Below are positions 47,646-56,222 of a stretch of 64,000 bases of DNA, one piece after another. The notes beneath the pieces are model-generated. The model saw only the letters and a program-made list of their open reading frames with translations, was not told where the DNA came from and ran no database searches. Every line of letters starts with the position of its first letter. The stretch's first letter is position 1. The position numbers and the translations under genes were made by a program. This stretch comes from a virus: IMG/VR virus record IMGVR_UViG_3300033156_000392, positions 9,254 to 73,253 of that record; one strand, written 5' to 3'.

Positions 47646-47897
47646 GACCATCTCAACTCTCCGAACATCACTATCTCAGGCGTTATGAGAGGCGTTATGG
47701 AGAGTGGTATGCCGGAGTGTCTCATAACGTCTATACCGTCAAATGAGCACTCTATCAGCACCAGAGTGGACGAGGAGAATAGTGTATTCCTCACCTCTCT
47801 CCTCTCTCCCTCTACTCCTACTCCACTCTCTCTAACGCCTCTAACGCCTCTCTTTCCTTCTTTTCTCACTATATCTCCTCTTTTCTCTCTACGAATG

Positions 47898-47918
47898 CTA
47901 AAAAAACAATTGCTTTAG
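47898..47918. repeat. 21-bp palindrome copy (degenerate)
   Basis: CTAAAAAAACAATTGCTTTAG. Confidence 0.6.
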
Positions 47919-47950
47919 GCTTCTCTCAGGCAGTTTCTACCGTAGGGCGG

Positions 47951-47971
47951 CTAAAATAACTGTTTCTTTAG
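47951..47971. repeat. 21-bp palindrome copy
   Basis: CTAAAATAACTGTTTCTTTAG. Confidence 0.8.
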
Positions 47972-48706
47972 TCTCCGTTTGCTATGAAAATGACTCTGTG
48001 CCATCGCTTCAGATGTATCTCCGGGTGCTGTGGGTGCTTTATTTTTTCCTTTTACGTAGATGCCTGTCAGTCTGTATTCTTCCAGATGTTCTATGTCTTG
48101 GACGGCTCTCACTCTGATTTCCTCCGCCTTGTGGTATCCGAGTTGCCACTTCACCGACTTTCTCAAATGAAGTCTCACTGCCTTCGGAATTCTCTGTCTC
48201 GGTGGTCTCTCCGGTACGAGGTACAGGTCTCCCTGTCTCTTTACTTCCTTCTCTCTCTTCAGGACTTCCTCTGGGAAGAGTTTCTTTAGTATCTCTGACG
48301 GCTTGTCTTTCTTTCCCTTCTCCCTGAAGTAGAGTCTGCTCTCTGTGTACTGCTCTCCGTCTTTCAGTACGACGAGACACACCGGGGTTGTTGTCTGGAA
48401 GTAATAAATCTCCAGACCGAACTTTCGGAAAATCTTTCCCTCTTTTGCTGATTGTAGTGTCTGGTAGTTTTTCACAAGGTATCCAGCGAGTACTCTCTGC
48501 GTCTCCTCGTCCACGTCTTTGAACAACTCTCTCACTTTCGTTAGAGCCCTCTCTCCGATGCTCTGCTTCTCTGAGACCCACTCTGCTGGCACTCTCCACC
48601 TCAGTTTCCCTTTCTCGTCCACGAAGGGTATTGCTCTCTCTTGCTTGCTCCAGTTTAGTCTATTGTACTCTCTCCTCCCTATCGTAGTCCACTCCATCGC
48701 TTTCAC
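47951..48706 (-). CDS. RQGD-motif hypothetical protein, probable frameshift near C-terminus
   Basis: RQGDLYLVP, H.A; adjacent frame after the T6 run (48042-48047) reads KIKHPQHPEIHLKRWHRV. Confidence 0.6.
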   Translation of the reverse strand: MKAMEWTTIGRREYNRLNWSKQERAIPFVDEKGKLRWRVPAEWVSEKQSIGERALTKVRELFKDVDEETQRVLAGYLVKNYQTLQSAKEGKIFRKFGLEIYYFQTTTPVCLVVLKDGEQYTESRLYFREKGKKDKPSEILKKLFPEEVLKREKEVKRQGDLYLVPERPPRQRIPKAVRLHLRKSVKWQLGYHKAEEIRVRAVQDIEHLEEYRLTGIYVKGKNKAPTAPGDTSEAMAQSHFHSKRRLKKQLF

Positions 48707-49516
48707 CTCCTCCCACTCTCTCTTGGAGTGAGTATGAACTCGCTCTCTCTCATCTGTAGCACTCTCTCAAGGCTCTCAAGGCTCTTCGTCGCTACTCCCT
48801 CTCCGTCTATCACGACTGCCAAGACGACTCTATCTCTGTCTCTCACGATCTCCCTCTCTCCGTTTCTTCTCTCATCAGAGCCTTGCTCTCTGGAGGTATC
48901 TTGATATTTGCTCCAGAGTGCTCTCACGGTCTCTATCCATCCACCTCACCTGTGTGCTATCTGTATCCTTCTCAGACACAAGGGACAGACCGGACGTCCT
49001 CTCCAGTCTCTCATAGAGTCTGCAGTCCAGACTCTCTCGCAGGTGGGACACTTCACTATCTCTATCCGTCTGCCCGTGAGTCTCTCGCTCTCGTTAAGAA
49101 GTTCTCCTTCCATATCTCTCACCTCTCTACTCCCATATATCGTGGTTGTTAACACAGTCGCAACAGTTCTGTACTATCCAGTCTTCGTCCGTCTCGCTTG
49201 CTCTGTACTCATTCCCACATACCGGGCACGTCCACACTTCTTCTTTCTCCATTTATCTCACTCCTTCTCTCACAGTCTCTTCTTCTCCACCTTCTCCATC
49301 AGACTGTCTCCGACTTTGATTTCCTCGCTCCCGACGTAGTTTATCCAGAGTTTGCCCCGTACCTCTTCCACGAATACCAGCCCTATATGTTCACTGCTGA
49401 AGGCGTTCTCTCTTCTCACCTCAAGACAGACGTAGTTCCCTTTCTTCATCTCGTCTATCCGAATCTCTAAACCCATTCACATCACCTCTCTATCTCTTCG
49501 TCTCTCTAAGAAGTTG

Positions 49517-49537
49517 CTAAAATAACAGTTATTTTAT
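49517..49537. repeat. 21-bp palindrome copy
   Basis: CTAAAATAACAGTTATTTTAT. Confidence 0.85.
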
Positions 49538-49903
49538 CTCTTTCTCTTCTTCTCTCTCGTCGCTCTCTCCACCAGCATCGCTATCTCCCACGCTATCGCT
49601 ACCGCCAGACTCGGAGAGTCCACATAACCCATCTCTAAGACCTTATCACTTTCCATCTCAATACCTCTCCCTCGTCTATGCTCGCTGGTGGTCTATAAGG
49701 CTTTCTCCCTCTCCCTCTGTGGGGCTTTGCGTGTCCTTCTCCTCCTCCCCACGTCCTGAGTTGCTTCTTTGCTTGCTTTCTCCTCGCTCTCTCTTCGTCT
49801 ATCTCCATCTTCTTTATTGTCTTCTGTACTATGTCTATCATAAAAGAGCAGTTAATCTTTCTGTAATACTCTAACTTCTCTTTCAGTAGGTCTTTAAGGT
49901 CTT

Positions 49904-50221
49904 TCATTCCAAACACCGAAATAGATAAGGAAGACAAAAGTAGTCTGGACACGTCCTTATATAGCGGTCTATCTCTCTTATGTTCTCGTACTCTACTTTG
50001 AAGTCTCTTATGGTCTTCTGTCTTCCGTGAGATAACTCCCTCATCAGTTTGAGATATGGGTTAACGGACTCTACGGATAAGACTATCTCCTCTCTTCTCC
50101 TCTCCTCTCTCCTCTCATCATCGGTCTGGAATATGGGAGAGAGGTTAAGGGGTCTCTCGACTATGAAGTCTGTTATTCTCGTCTGCCGTGTCTTTCCCGT
50201 TCTCATCATCATCATCTCCAT
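49904..50221 (-). CDS. Small protein with two PIP-box-like motifs
   Basis: QTRITDF and QKTIRDF. Confidence 0.6.
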   Translation of the reverse strand: MEMMMMRTGKTRQTRITDFIVERPLNLSPIFQTDDERREERRREEIVLSVESVNPYLKLMRELSHGRQKTIRDFKVEYENIREIDRYIRTCPDYFCLPYLFRCLE

Positions 50222-50275
50222 TTCAAACTAACACAAAAAATAAAGGAAAGGGAGAGGTTGGGGCGTGTTCTCTCC

Positions 50276-50581
50276 CTATAACTTCTTAGGTCTCACTAAG
50301 ACTTGGGCGGGGTTCTGTTTGTATGACACTCGCCAGTTTGGATATTTTCTCTTCAACTGTTGTGCTACACTCCTCACGTTCTCTGTTTTGATTGGTGCGG
50401 TTGTGTGTTCTTTGAAAACGTCAAAAGGAATAGCCACGAACTCATCAGTTTTCTTGACGTTCTGTATAGCGTTGTTTATGGCAGTCTTCAGCGTCTCATC
50501 AATATCCCACTTTGTCGAGATTGGTTTAACGACAACCTCGAGCGTCAACTGAACCCCTTCATTTTTGTTGTTGTTCTTCAT
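50276..50581 (-). CDS. Hypothetical protein, candidate regulator
   Basis: GGTGA RBS; BRE/TATA GAAAGA-CTTAAATA upstream; T-tract downstream. Confidence 0.6.
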   Translation of the reverse strand: MKNNNKNEGVQLTLEVVVKPISTKWDIDETLKTAINNAIQNVKKTDEFVAIPFDVFKEHTTAPIKTENVRSVAQQLKRKYPNWRVSYKQNPAQVLVRPKKL

Positions 50582-50627
50582 TTTCGTCTCACCGAGTAGG
50601 TATCGACACGTGAGTATTTAAGTCTTT

Positions 50628-50648
50628 CTAAAATAATAATTTCTTTAG
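50628..50648. repeat. 21-bp palindrome copy abutting a BRE/TATA
   Basis: CTAAAATAATAATTTCTTTAG directly upstream of the 50581 promoter. Confidence 0.75.
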
Positions 50649-50869
50649 GCAATTGTCGAAGTGTGCCTTCTTTATATACTCTCGTAAAATAAGACTAATG
50701 TTATGTTCTAACGCCTTTATAACGCCTTTAACGTTTTGTCTGGGTTTGGGGGAAAATGAGACAAAACCCCTCTTTAAATACTCTTTAGACAGTTGTCGAC
50801 ATTACGCTTTATGGGTGAATTGAGCAAAAGACTTTTAACCCTACACGAGAAGGGTTAGCGGTGATGTGA

Positions 50870-51529
50870 ATGGTAAGGCCACGAAAAGACGCAACAATCG
50901 GGGTCTTGGAAGCGTACGAGATTTACAGAACCAACCCAACCCGAGCCATAGAGGGTTTGGGTGGGTTGTCGGCGAAGACGTGGTTGAGAAGATTTCGAGA
51001 GAACGGATTAAAGATAAGACAACAGCGTAAGCGGAAGGTACACAATAACGACTATGTGAACGTTGAGGAGTTGGAGAAGTGGGTTAGCGTTGATATAGAC
51101 GAGATAACCTTTAAGCCCCTCCACACCAAGCATCAACGTGTTGTTAAAGAACTCGATGCCCAACTCGTAAAGGTCGGACTACACGAAGACGATGAGCATA
51201 AAGCGTTTGTGTTGATTACGCCGAGAACGTTAAGCAAACGAATAGCACAACGGATTTTAGAGATTTACAGAGAGAAGGGTTTTAGCACAGTAGCGGATAA
51301 GGAGTTTGAAGCAGAGTTTAACGTTCGACACGGCACACGTGGGAAAGCACTTGTAGAAAACATAACGGCACGAATTAAAAACCTTGTCTATATGAACCTG
51401 CGACTCTTCAAGAAGGACGAGAGAAGCAGAGTTATCCAAGACTTATACGAGAACGCAATAAAGACACTATGCGATGAGCCACCAGCCGAGATTAAACGAT
51501 TAGTTGAAGACCCCCGAGCACTCTTTTAG
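50870..51529 (+). CDS. HTH-containing hypothetical protein
   Basis: GLSAKTWLRRFRENGLKIR HTH-like; AAAAGACTTTTAA promoter and GGTGA RBS upstream. Confidence 0.6.
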   Translation: MVRPRKDATIGVLEAYEIYRTNPTRAIEGLGGLSAKTWLRRFRENGLKIRQQRKRKVHNNDYVNVEELEKWVSVDIDEITFKPLHTKHQRVVKELDAQLVKVGLHEDDEHKAFVLITPRTLSKRIAQRILEIYREKGFSTVADKEFEAEFNVRHGTRGKALVENITARIKNLVYMNLRLFKKDERSRVIQDLYENAIKTLCDEPPAEIKRLVEDPRALF

Positions 51530-51532
51530 CAC

Positions 51533-51561
51533 TTCTTTTTTTCTTTTTCTTTTTTTCTTTT
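51533..51561 (+). terminator. Archaeal oligo-T terminator
   Basis: Long T-tracts directly after the 51529 stop. Confidence 0.7.
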
Positions 51562-51629
51562 CTCTCCTCTAACTCTCTACACGTCATAACACTTCATAAC
51601 ACCCCTTATCTTCTCCTACACTAAAAAAA

Positions 51630-51650
51630 TTCAAATAATGATTATTTTAA
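51630..51650. repeat. 21-bp palindrome copy (degenerate)
   Basis: TTCAAATAAT-G-ATTATTTTAA. Confidence 0.65.
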
Positions 51651-51824
51651 CAGTCCACCCCCGGTTCTAGTCACGACACACAATCATAACACACTGATCA
51701 CAACAGATTATCATACACCTTCTAGAACGAGAACTTTCAAAGAAAGCAGACGGCATGCATAAAAGTGTGTATTTAGAAAAAACTTCCAGAAAGGAGTGTT
51801 AGACCCTCTCTCTGTTCCATCTTT

Positions 51825-51852
51825 GTTTATAAACAACAGAGAAGATATATAA
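51825..51852 (+). promoter_or_regulatory. GTTTATAAAC-N10-TATA promoter of the terminase operon
   Basis: GTTTATAAAC-aacagagaag-ATATATAA, ~25 nt before the start codon. Confidence 0.7.
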
Positions 51853-51874
51853 GAGAGGTGTTATAAAGCGTTAT

Positions 51875-52417
51875 GTGATGCCGTACCTCTGTAACTGTCA
51901 GTGCAAGATAGGAAAGTCTCCCAATAGAGATCTCTACCACGATCTGAGAGTCAAGGAGAGATACTCCTACGAGAGGCTCTCGCAGGTGGCTAGAGAGAAA
52001 GGGGAAGATATTTCTCCCATGGCCTTCCACAGACACTTCACCAAGCACGTCAAGCCTGCACTGGAGGAGTACGTAAAGATGAATGCGTCAGAGGCTTGGC
52101 TCAGGGAGAGAGCCAGAGAAGAGGTCAACTTGTACCACGAGATTCTATCTAACCTAGTTCTGCTCAGAGAGAAGGTCGAGGAAGCGTGTAGACTCCCTCT
52201 CTCATCCTCCAACATCACTGCACTCACCAATCTTCTGGGTGAGATAAGAAAGACTATCGTATACATCGCACAGCATAAAGACCAGCTTGTCGGGATAAGA
52301 GGAGAGATGAGTGAAGACATAACTCTCTCCTATCTCTTCGAGATCATAGACGAGCTTCCGGAAGACAAGAGACAGAAGCTGAAGGCGAAGCTTCAGGCTC
52401 TGGTGGGTCTGACATGA
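51875..52417 (+). CDS. terS: Terminase small subunit (putative)
   Basis: Directly upstream of TerL with ATGA overlap; Cys cluster, HTH-like SYERLS...IS..AFHRH, helical C-terminus. Confidence 0.65.
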   Translation: MMPYLCNCQCKIGKSPNRDLYHDLRVKERYSYERLSQVAREKGEDISPMAFHRHFTKHVKPALEEYVKMNASEAWLRERAREEVNLYHEILSNLVLLREKVEEACRLPLSSSNITALTNLLGEIRKTIVYIAQHKDQLVGIRGEMSEDITLSYLFEIIDELPEDKRQKLKAKLQALVGLT

Positions 52418-53697
52418 ACATAGCGTGGAAGGCATATAAAATATGGGAATGGTACAGTGCTCCGTCCATCTACTTCAAGGACGTGACGGGACAGGATCCC
52501 ATAAAAGGACAGAAGCATATAATGGACTTTCTACCGACCAACGAGAACAGGTTGCTGGTGTGTGCCGCCTCTGGAGCCGGGAAGACGAGAGTGCTGGCTG
52601 CTGCAGCTCTCTGGGAGTGTACGGTACTACCTACCATCATCAGGAGGCCAGTCAAGGCACTGGTTCTTTCTGGATCTTTGGAGCAGTCAAAAGTTCTCTA
52701 CGACTACACCTCAGAATACATCAAGAGGTGCAGCATAGTCGGTGACATGGTACAGACCAGATTGAAGACTGAAACGAGATTCAAGAACGGCTCTCTTTTG
52801 AAGGCTCTTCCCTGCTCCGAGAGAGCCTTCTACGGTAAGCATGTAGACCTACTGATCATAGACGAGGCAGCTCTAAAAGACATACCAGAAACGATCATAG
52901 ACCATGCTCTGTCCATAGTGGCTCCAGTAAAAGGCTCCAAGCTCATGATGTCTTCGACTCCCTATGAGCCTTCCTCAAGGTTCGTGAAGATGTGGGAGAA
53001 GGCACCAGAGGAGGGGTGGCTGAGGATAAACTGGTCGGCTGAGGAGTGCAACTGGATTCCGAAGAGTGTGATAGAGGAGGCACGGAGGACTCTCTCAGAG
53101 ACGGAGTTCAGAATAAGGTGGAAGGGAGAGATAGTTACACCTTCAGACACGTACTTCAGACGGGAGAGTATAAAGCAGTGTTTGATCAGTCAAAAGCCAA
53201 GGAGGGGAGAAGGAGAGATATTTGGAGGACTTGACTGGGGCTTCAAACATTCGACTGTTCTTACTCTTGTCCAGTCTGAGGGTGAAGAAATTAACGTATT
53301 ACTCACGAAGGAGTGGAAGAGAGAACGAATAGACAAAATATACGCCGATATTCTCACTATTTGTAACGAGTATCATCCGAGACTCATCAATGCAGACTCT
53401 TCTCACGTCTTCGAGAACAACAAGTTAAAGGAGCTTGGAGTCCCTTTGGAGCCTATATCCTTTGCTAAGGAGAAGGAGAATATGCTGAACAATCTCGCCT
53501 CTCTTTTGGAGCACGGGAAGCTCTCCATCTGGGAAGAGGAAACTACTCTCATCTCCCAACTGAGGGACTACAAGAAGGGACTTCGTGGAGGGGACGACTT
53601 CGTTGACTCTCTCATGCTTGCGGTGAAAGACGTCTACAGTCCCACATATTCCGTACCAGCTGAGAAAGTACCTTTCAAGGTGGTAAAATACTTATAG
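52414..53697 (+). CDS. terL: Terminase large subunit
   Basis: Walker A AASGAGKT, Walker B LIIDEAA, SSTP motif III, nuclease GLDWG and DDFVDS. Confidence 0.93.
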   Translation: MNIAWKAYKIWEWYSAPSIYFKDVTGQDPIKGQKHIMDFLPTNENRLLVCAASGAGKTRVLAAAALWECTVLPTIIRRPVKALVLSGSLEQSKVLYDYTSEYIKRCSIVGDMVQTRLKTETRFKNGSLLKALPCSERAFYGKHVDLLIIDEAALKDIPETIIDHALSIVAPVKGSKLMMSSTPYEPSSRFVKMWEKAPEEGWLRINWSAEECNWIPKSVIEEARRTLSETEFRIRWKGEIVTPSDTYFRRESIKQCLISQKPRRGEGEIFGGLDWGFKHSTVLTLVQSEGEEINVLLTKEWKRERIDKIYADILTICNEYHPRLINADSSHVFENNKLKELGVPLEPISFAKEKENMLNNLASLLEHGKLSIWEEETTLISQLRDYKKGLRGGDDFVDSLMLAVKDVYSPTYSVPAEKVPFKVVKYL

Positions 53698-53709
53698 ATA
53701 GGAAGGAGA

Positions 53710-54879
53710 GTGTCTTTGATGACAAGAGTTAAAGTTCTTGGGTCAAGAGGTCTCATAGACGAGAAAGACAGACTGATTAGAAGGCACTCTGGCCTCTTGA
53801 TAGACGAGAGAATACTGGTCGACTGTGGAGAAAAAGAGTTTCTGGGTACTAAGCCAGATGTCTGTTTTCTTACTCATGCACACCCAGATCACTGGTTCCC
53901 TGTTAAGGAAAAAGTAGAGAAAGTTCCTCTCTCAGTGTACTGCTCTGGGAGAACTGCACAATTGCTGAATACTGAAATAGAACAAATTAGAGTATTCAAG
54001 AGGTTATCTATTTCTAGAATCAGAAGTCCTGACTACACTGTCTACACCTACCCTGTCGTCCATTCGATAAAGGCACCTGCGAACGGATACGTTCTGAGTC
54101 TCGGTAGCTCAAAGATAGTCATTCCGGGTGACGTACTTTCAGTGAAGGAGAGGATAAGAGAGAAGCTGTGGACAGATGCTCTAGTCTACGTGGGTGACGG
54201 TTCATCCATAGAGAGGGAGCTAGTTCGTAGAAAGGAGGGAGAGATATACGGACACGCCTCTGTCATGAGACAGCTTGGATGGTGTAACCAAGGAAAGATA
54301 GAAGTAGCCGTACTCAGACACTGGGGCTCTGAAACTGTCAAGAAGGGAATCAGATGGGCGAGAAGAAGGATAGAGCAGTTACTGGATGAGAAAGACTGGA
54401 GTTACCCATCAAGAGTAATTTTGGCTACCGACGGTGCGACTCTGGACATCGACAGCCTCCAAGTGAAGACTCCAGACGTTTCTCCGGTGGAGCCTAAGAG
54501 ATTCATAAAAAGAGTACCAAGGGCTGGCTTGTATCTCACTCCTCCACACGGAGAGTTGATTTGGGAGAGGAAAAAGACTTTGATAGTCAAGAGCAAGAAG
54601 TTCGAGAAGTACGTTGGAGAGCCTCTCTACCTTCTCTCTGACGGAAAGTGCTATGGAATTCTGAGTCTTCGCTCTCCCTACAAGATAGATAGGAATGAGT
54701 TTGAGAAGCTGAGAGACAAGCACAGGATCTCTGATGAGGAAGTTAAAAAGTGGGGATGGAAAGGAACTCTGTGGGCCTACGACTTTGACCTCCTCAGAAG
54801 ATTTGACCCTCCTCTGAGAGTACGAATTCCGAGAGGAGTACAGGTTTTCGTTGACTCTGAGAACATTAAGTTTGAGTAG
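53710..54879 (+). CDS. Metallo-beta-lactamase-fold hydrolase fused to ASCH/PUA-like domain
   Basis: VDCG, THAHPDH, HS, GD, GHAS, RHW; C-terminal L..PHG.LIW..KKT...LWAY...FDPP. Confidence 0.8.
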   Translation: MSLMTRVKVLGSRGLIDEKDRLIRRHSGLLIDERILVDCGEKEFLGTKPDVCFLTHAHPDHWFPVKEKVEKVPLSVYCSGRTAQLLNTEIEQIRVFKRLSISRIRSPDYTVYTYPVVHSIKAPANGYVLSLGSSKIVIPGDVLSVKERIREKLWTDALVYVGDGSSIERELVRRKEGEIYGHASVMRQLGWCNQGKIEVAVLRHWGSETVKKGIRWARRRIEQLLDEKDWSYPSRVILATDGATLDIDSLQVKTPDVSPVEPKRFIKRVPRAGLYLTPPHGELIWERKKTLIVKSKKFEKYVGEPLYLLSDGKCYGILSLRSPYKIDRNEFEKLRDKHRISDEEVKKWGWKGTLWAYDFDLLRRFDPPLRVRIPRGVQVFVDSENIKFE

Positions 54880-54892
54880 TAAGACTTATAAA
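54880..54892 (+). promoter_or_regulatory. BRE/TATA promoter of structural operon
   Basis: AAGA-CTTATAAA followed by GGAGGTG RBS and ATG 54929. Confidence 0.55.
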
Positions 54893-54928
54893 TCCATCAC
54901 GAGTAGATTATCTTAGGAGGTGTAAAGA

Positions 54929-55486
54929 ATGACAGCTACGGTTACTGTAGAGGAGGGAAACGGCTCTACTCCCACTTGGACGACTGTCACTACTATAAGG
55001 TTCTGCAGCTCTGACACCTATGATCCACAGCTGAACTACCCGATTCTGATTCCCACATCTGGGAGCAACTACTCCTACTGGAAGAACGTCAGACTGGCCT
55101 GGACCGGAGACTACACACAGATCACCAACATCAAAGTCTATCCAGCTGATACTACTCTGGACTGGACCGGGTGTACTCTGTGGATAGGATGTACAGAGGG
55201 AACCTTCAATGCTGACAACGTTGGCTTGACAGACGCTCAGTACGTCCAAGCGACTGGGACTCAGGGAACCACTGGTGACGAGATGGTAGCCAATCACACC
55301 AACGTAGCTAGCAGAGACAGCTTGTTCAGCTACTCTTCGTCAAGTCCTCTGACGGTGGACACCACTCAGTACGGAACTGGTGGAGGACACTCCAAGCACA
55401 TAGTCCTCCAACTGGAAGTCAGCTCTACAGCCACGTCTGGTGTGAAGACGGGAGAGACTCTCACTTTCCAGTGGGATGAGATTTAG
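54929..55486 (+). CDS. Virion structural protein (T/S/G-rich, beta)
   Basis: SYWK.VRL and LTFQWDEI termini; composition. Confidence 0.6.
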   Translation: MTATVTVEEGNGSTPTWTTVTTIRFCSSDTYDPQLNYPILIPTSGSNYSYWKNVRLAWTGDYTQITNIKVYPADTTLDWTGCTLWIGCTEGTFNADNVGLTDAQYVQATGTQGTTGDEMVANHTNVASRDSLFSYSSSSPLTVDTTQYGTGGGHSKHIVLQLEVSSTATSGVKTGETLTFQWDEI

Positions 55487-55522
55487 ATAAGATGGGAGCC
55501 TCCATCCAAGGAGGATGTAAGA

Positions 55523-55924
55523 ATGGGATACAACCCTCAGTTGAAGTACGTCTGGAAGGCCGTGTATGCTGACGGGACCGTTCTCAAGCAGTTCGACGAG
55601 AACGGTAGGGAGAGGAAGTTCTCCGAGATAGACCAATCTAGATTGAAAATCTTCTCTTGGGAACCTGTATACAACGGGGGAAGGCCAGTGTCGGTGACGC
55701 TGAAAGAGGGACAGAGGCTGATAGCGTTCAGGAGAGTGAAGTGGAGACCTTTCTTGCCCGGCTCAACTCCCGTCATTCTGTACGCTATAGGTTGGCAGAG
55801 CACCGTCAATGGAAGAAACGTGAAGTCCATCACTTGGATCCTTCCAGACGACTCGGTGGTGGTTTCCGAGGACGTAGATACTCTTTTTAACGATAACAGT
55901 AGAAAAGAGAATGGAGGTGCTTGA
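55523..55924 (+). CDS. Hypothetical virion-associated protein
   Basis: W.A.Y.DG..L.Q motif; structural operon. Confidence 0.6.
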   Translation: MGYNPQLKYVWKAVYADGTVLKQFDENGRERKFSEIDQSRLKIFSWEPVYNGGRPVSVTLKEGQRLIAFRRVKWRPFLPGSTPVILYAIGWQSTVNGRNVKSITWILPDDSVVVSEDVDTLFNDNSRKENGGA

Positions 55925-56211
55925 GAATGGTAGGAGAAGCTGTAGGTATCTTGTCAGCCACGGCTGCCTCGGGTACTCTGGACATAAAGCCTCCCGCCGG
56001 GGAGGAATGGATAGTCCACAACGTATACCACGATGGGCCAGCCACACTCTACAAGACAGACGGAACGAACACGGTTACGATAGATACAGACACCTCTGGA
56101 GGAGTGTGGTCGGGGTTCTTCTTCCACGTCACAAACTCCCACTACCTACAGGTGAAGAACGACGACAGCTCCTCGAAGGTGCTCGGGTACGATGGAATCA
56201 GAAGCAAGTGA
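55921..56211 (+). CDS. Small beta-rich virion protein, paralogue of 500..787
   Basis: DIKPPAGEEWIVHNVY...TDGT...FHVTNSHY...YDGIRSK. Confidence 0.7.
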   Translation: MRMVGEAVGILSATAASGTLDIKPPAGEEWIVHNVYHDGPATLYKTDGTNTVTIDTDTSGGVWSGFFFHVTNSHYLQVKNDDSSSKVLGYDGIRSK

Positions 56212-56222
56212 GGTGACTATCT

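Noticed and set aside
19000-50200. Abundant CTCTCT/GAGAGA runs resembling microsatellites
   Set aside because: Explained by Glu/Arg codons (GAG, AGA) on the minus strand
32807-51650. 21-bp palindromes as a CRISPR or mini-CRISPR array
   Set aside because: Spacing is irregular (tens of bp to >10 kb) with whole genes in between; only 47898/47951 are spacer-distance apart and they differ in sequence; no cas genes
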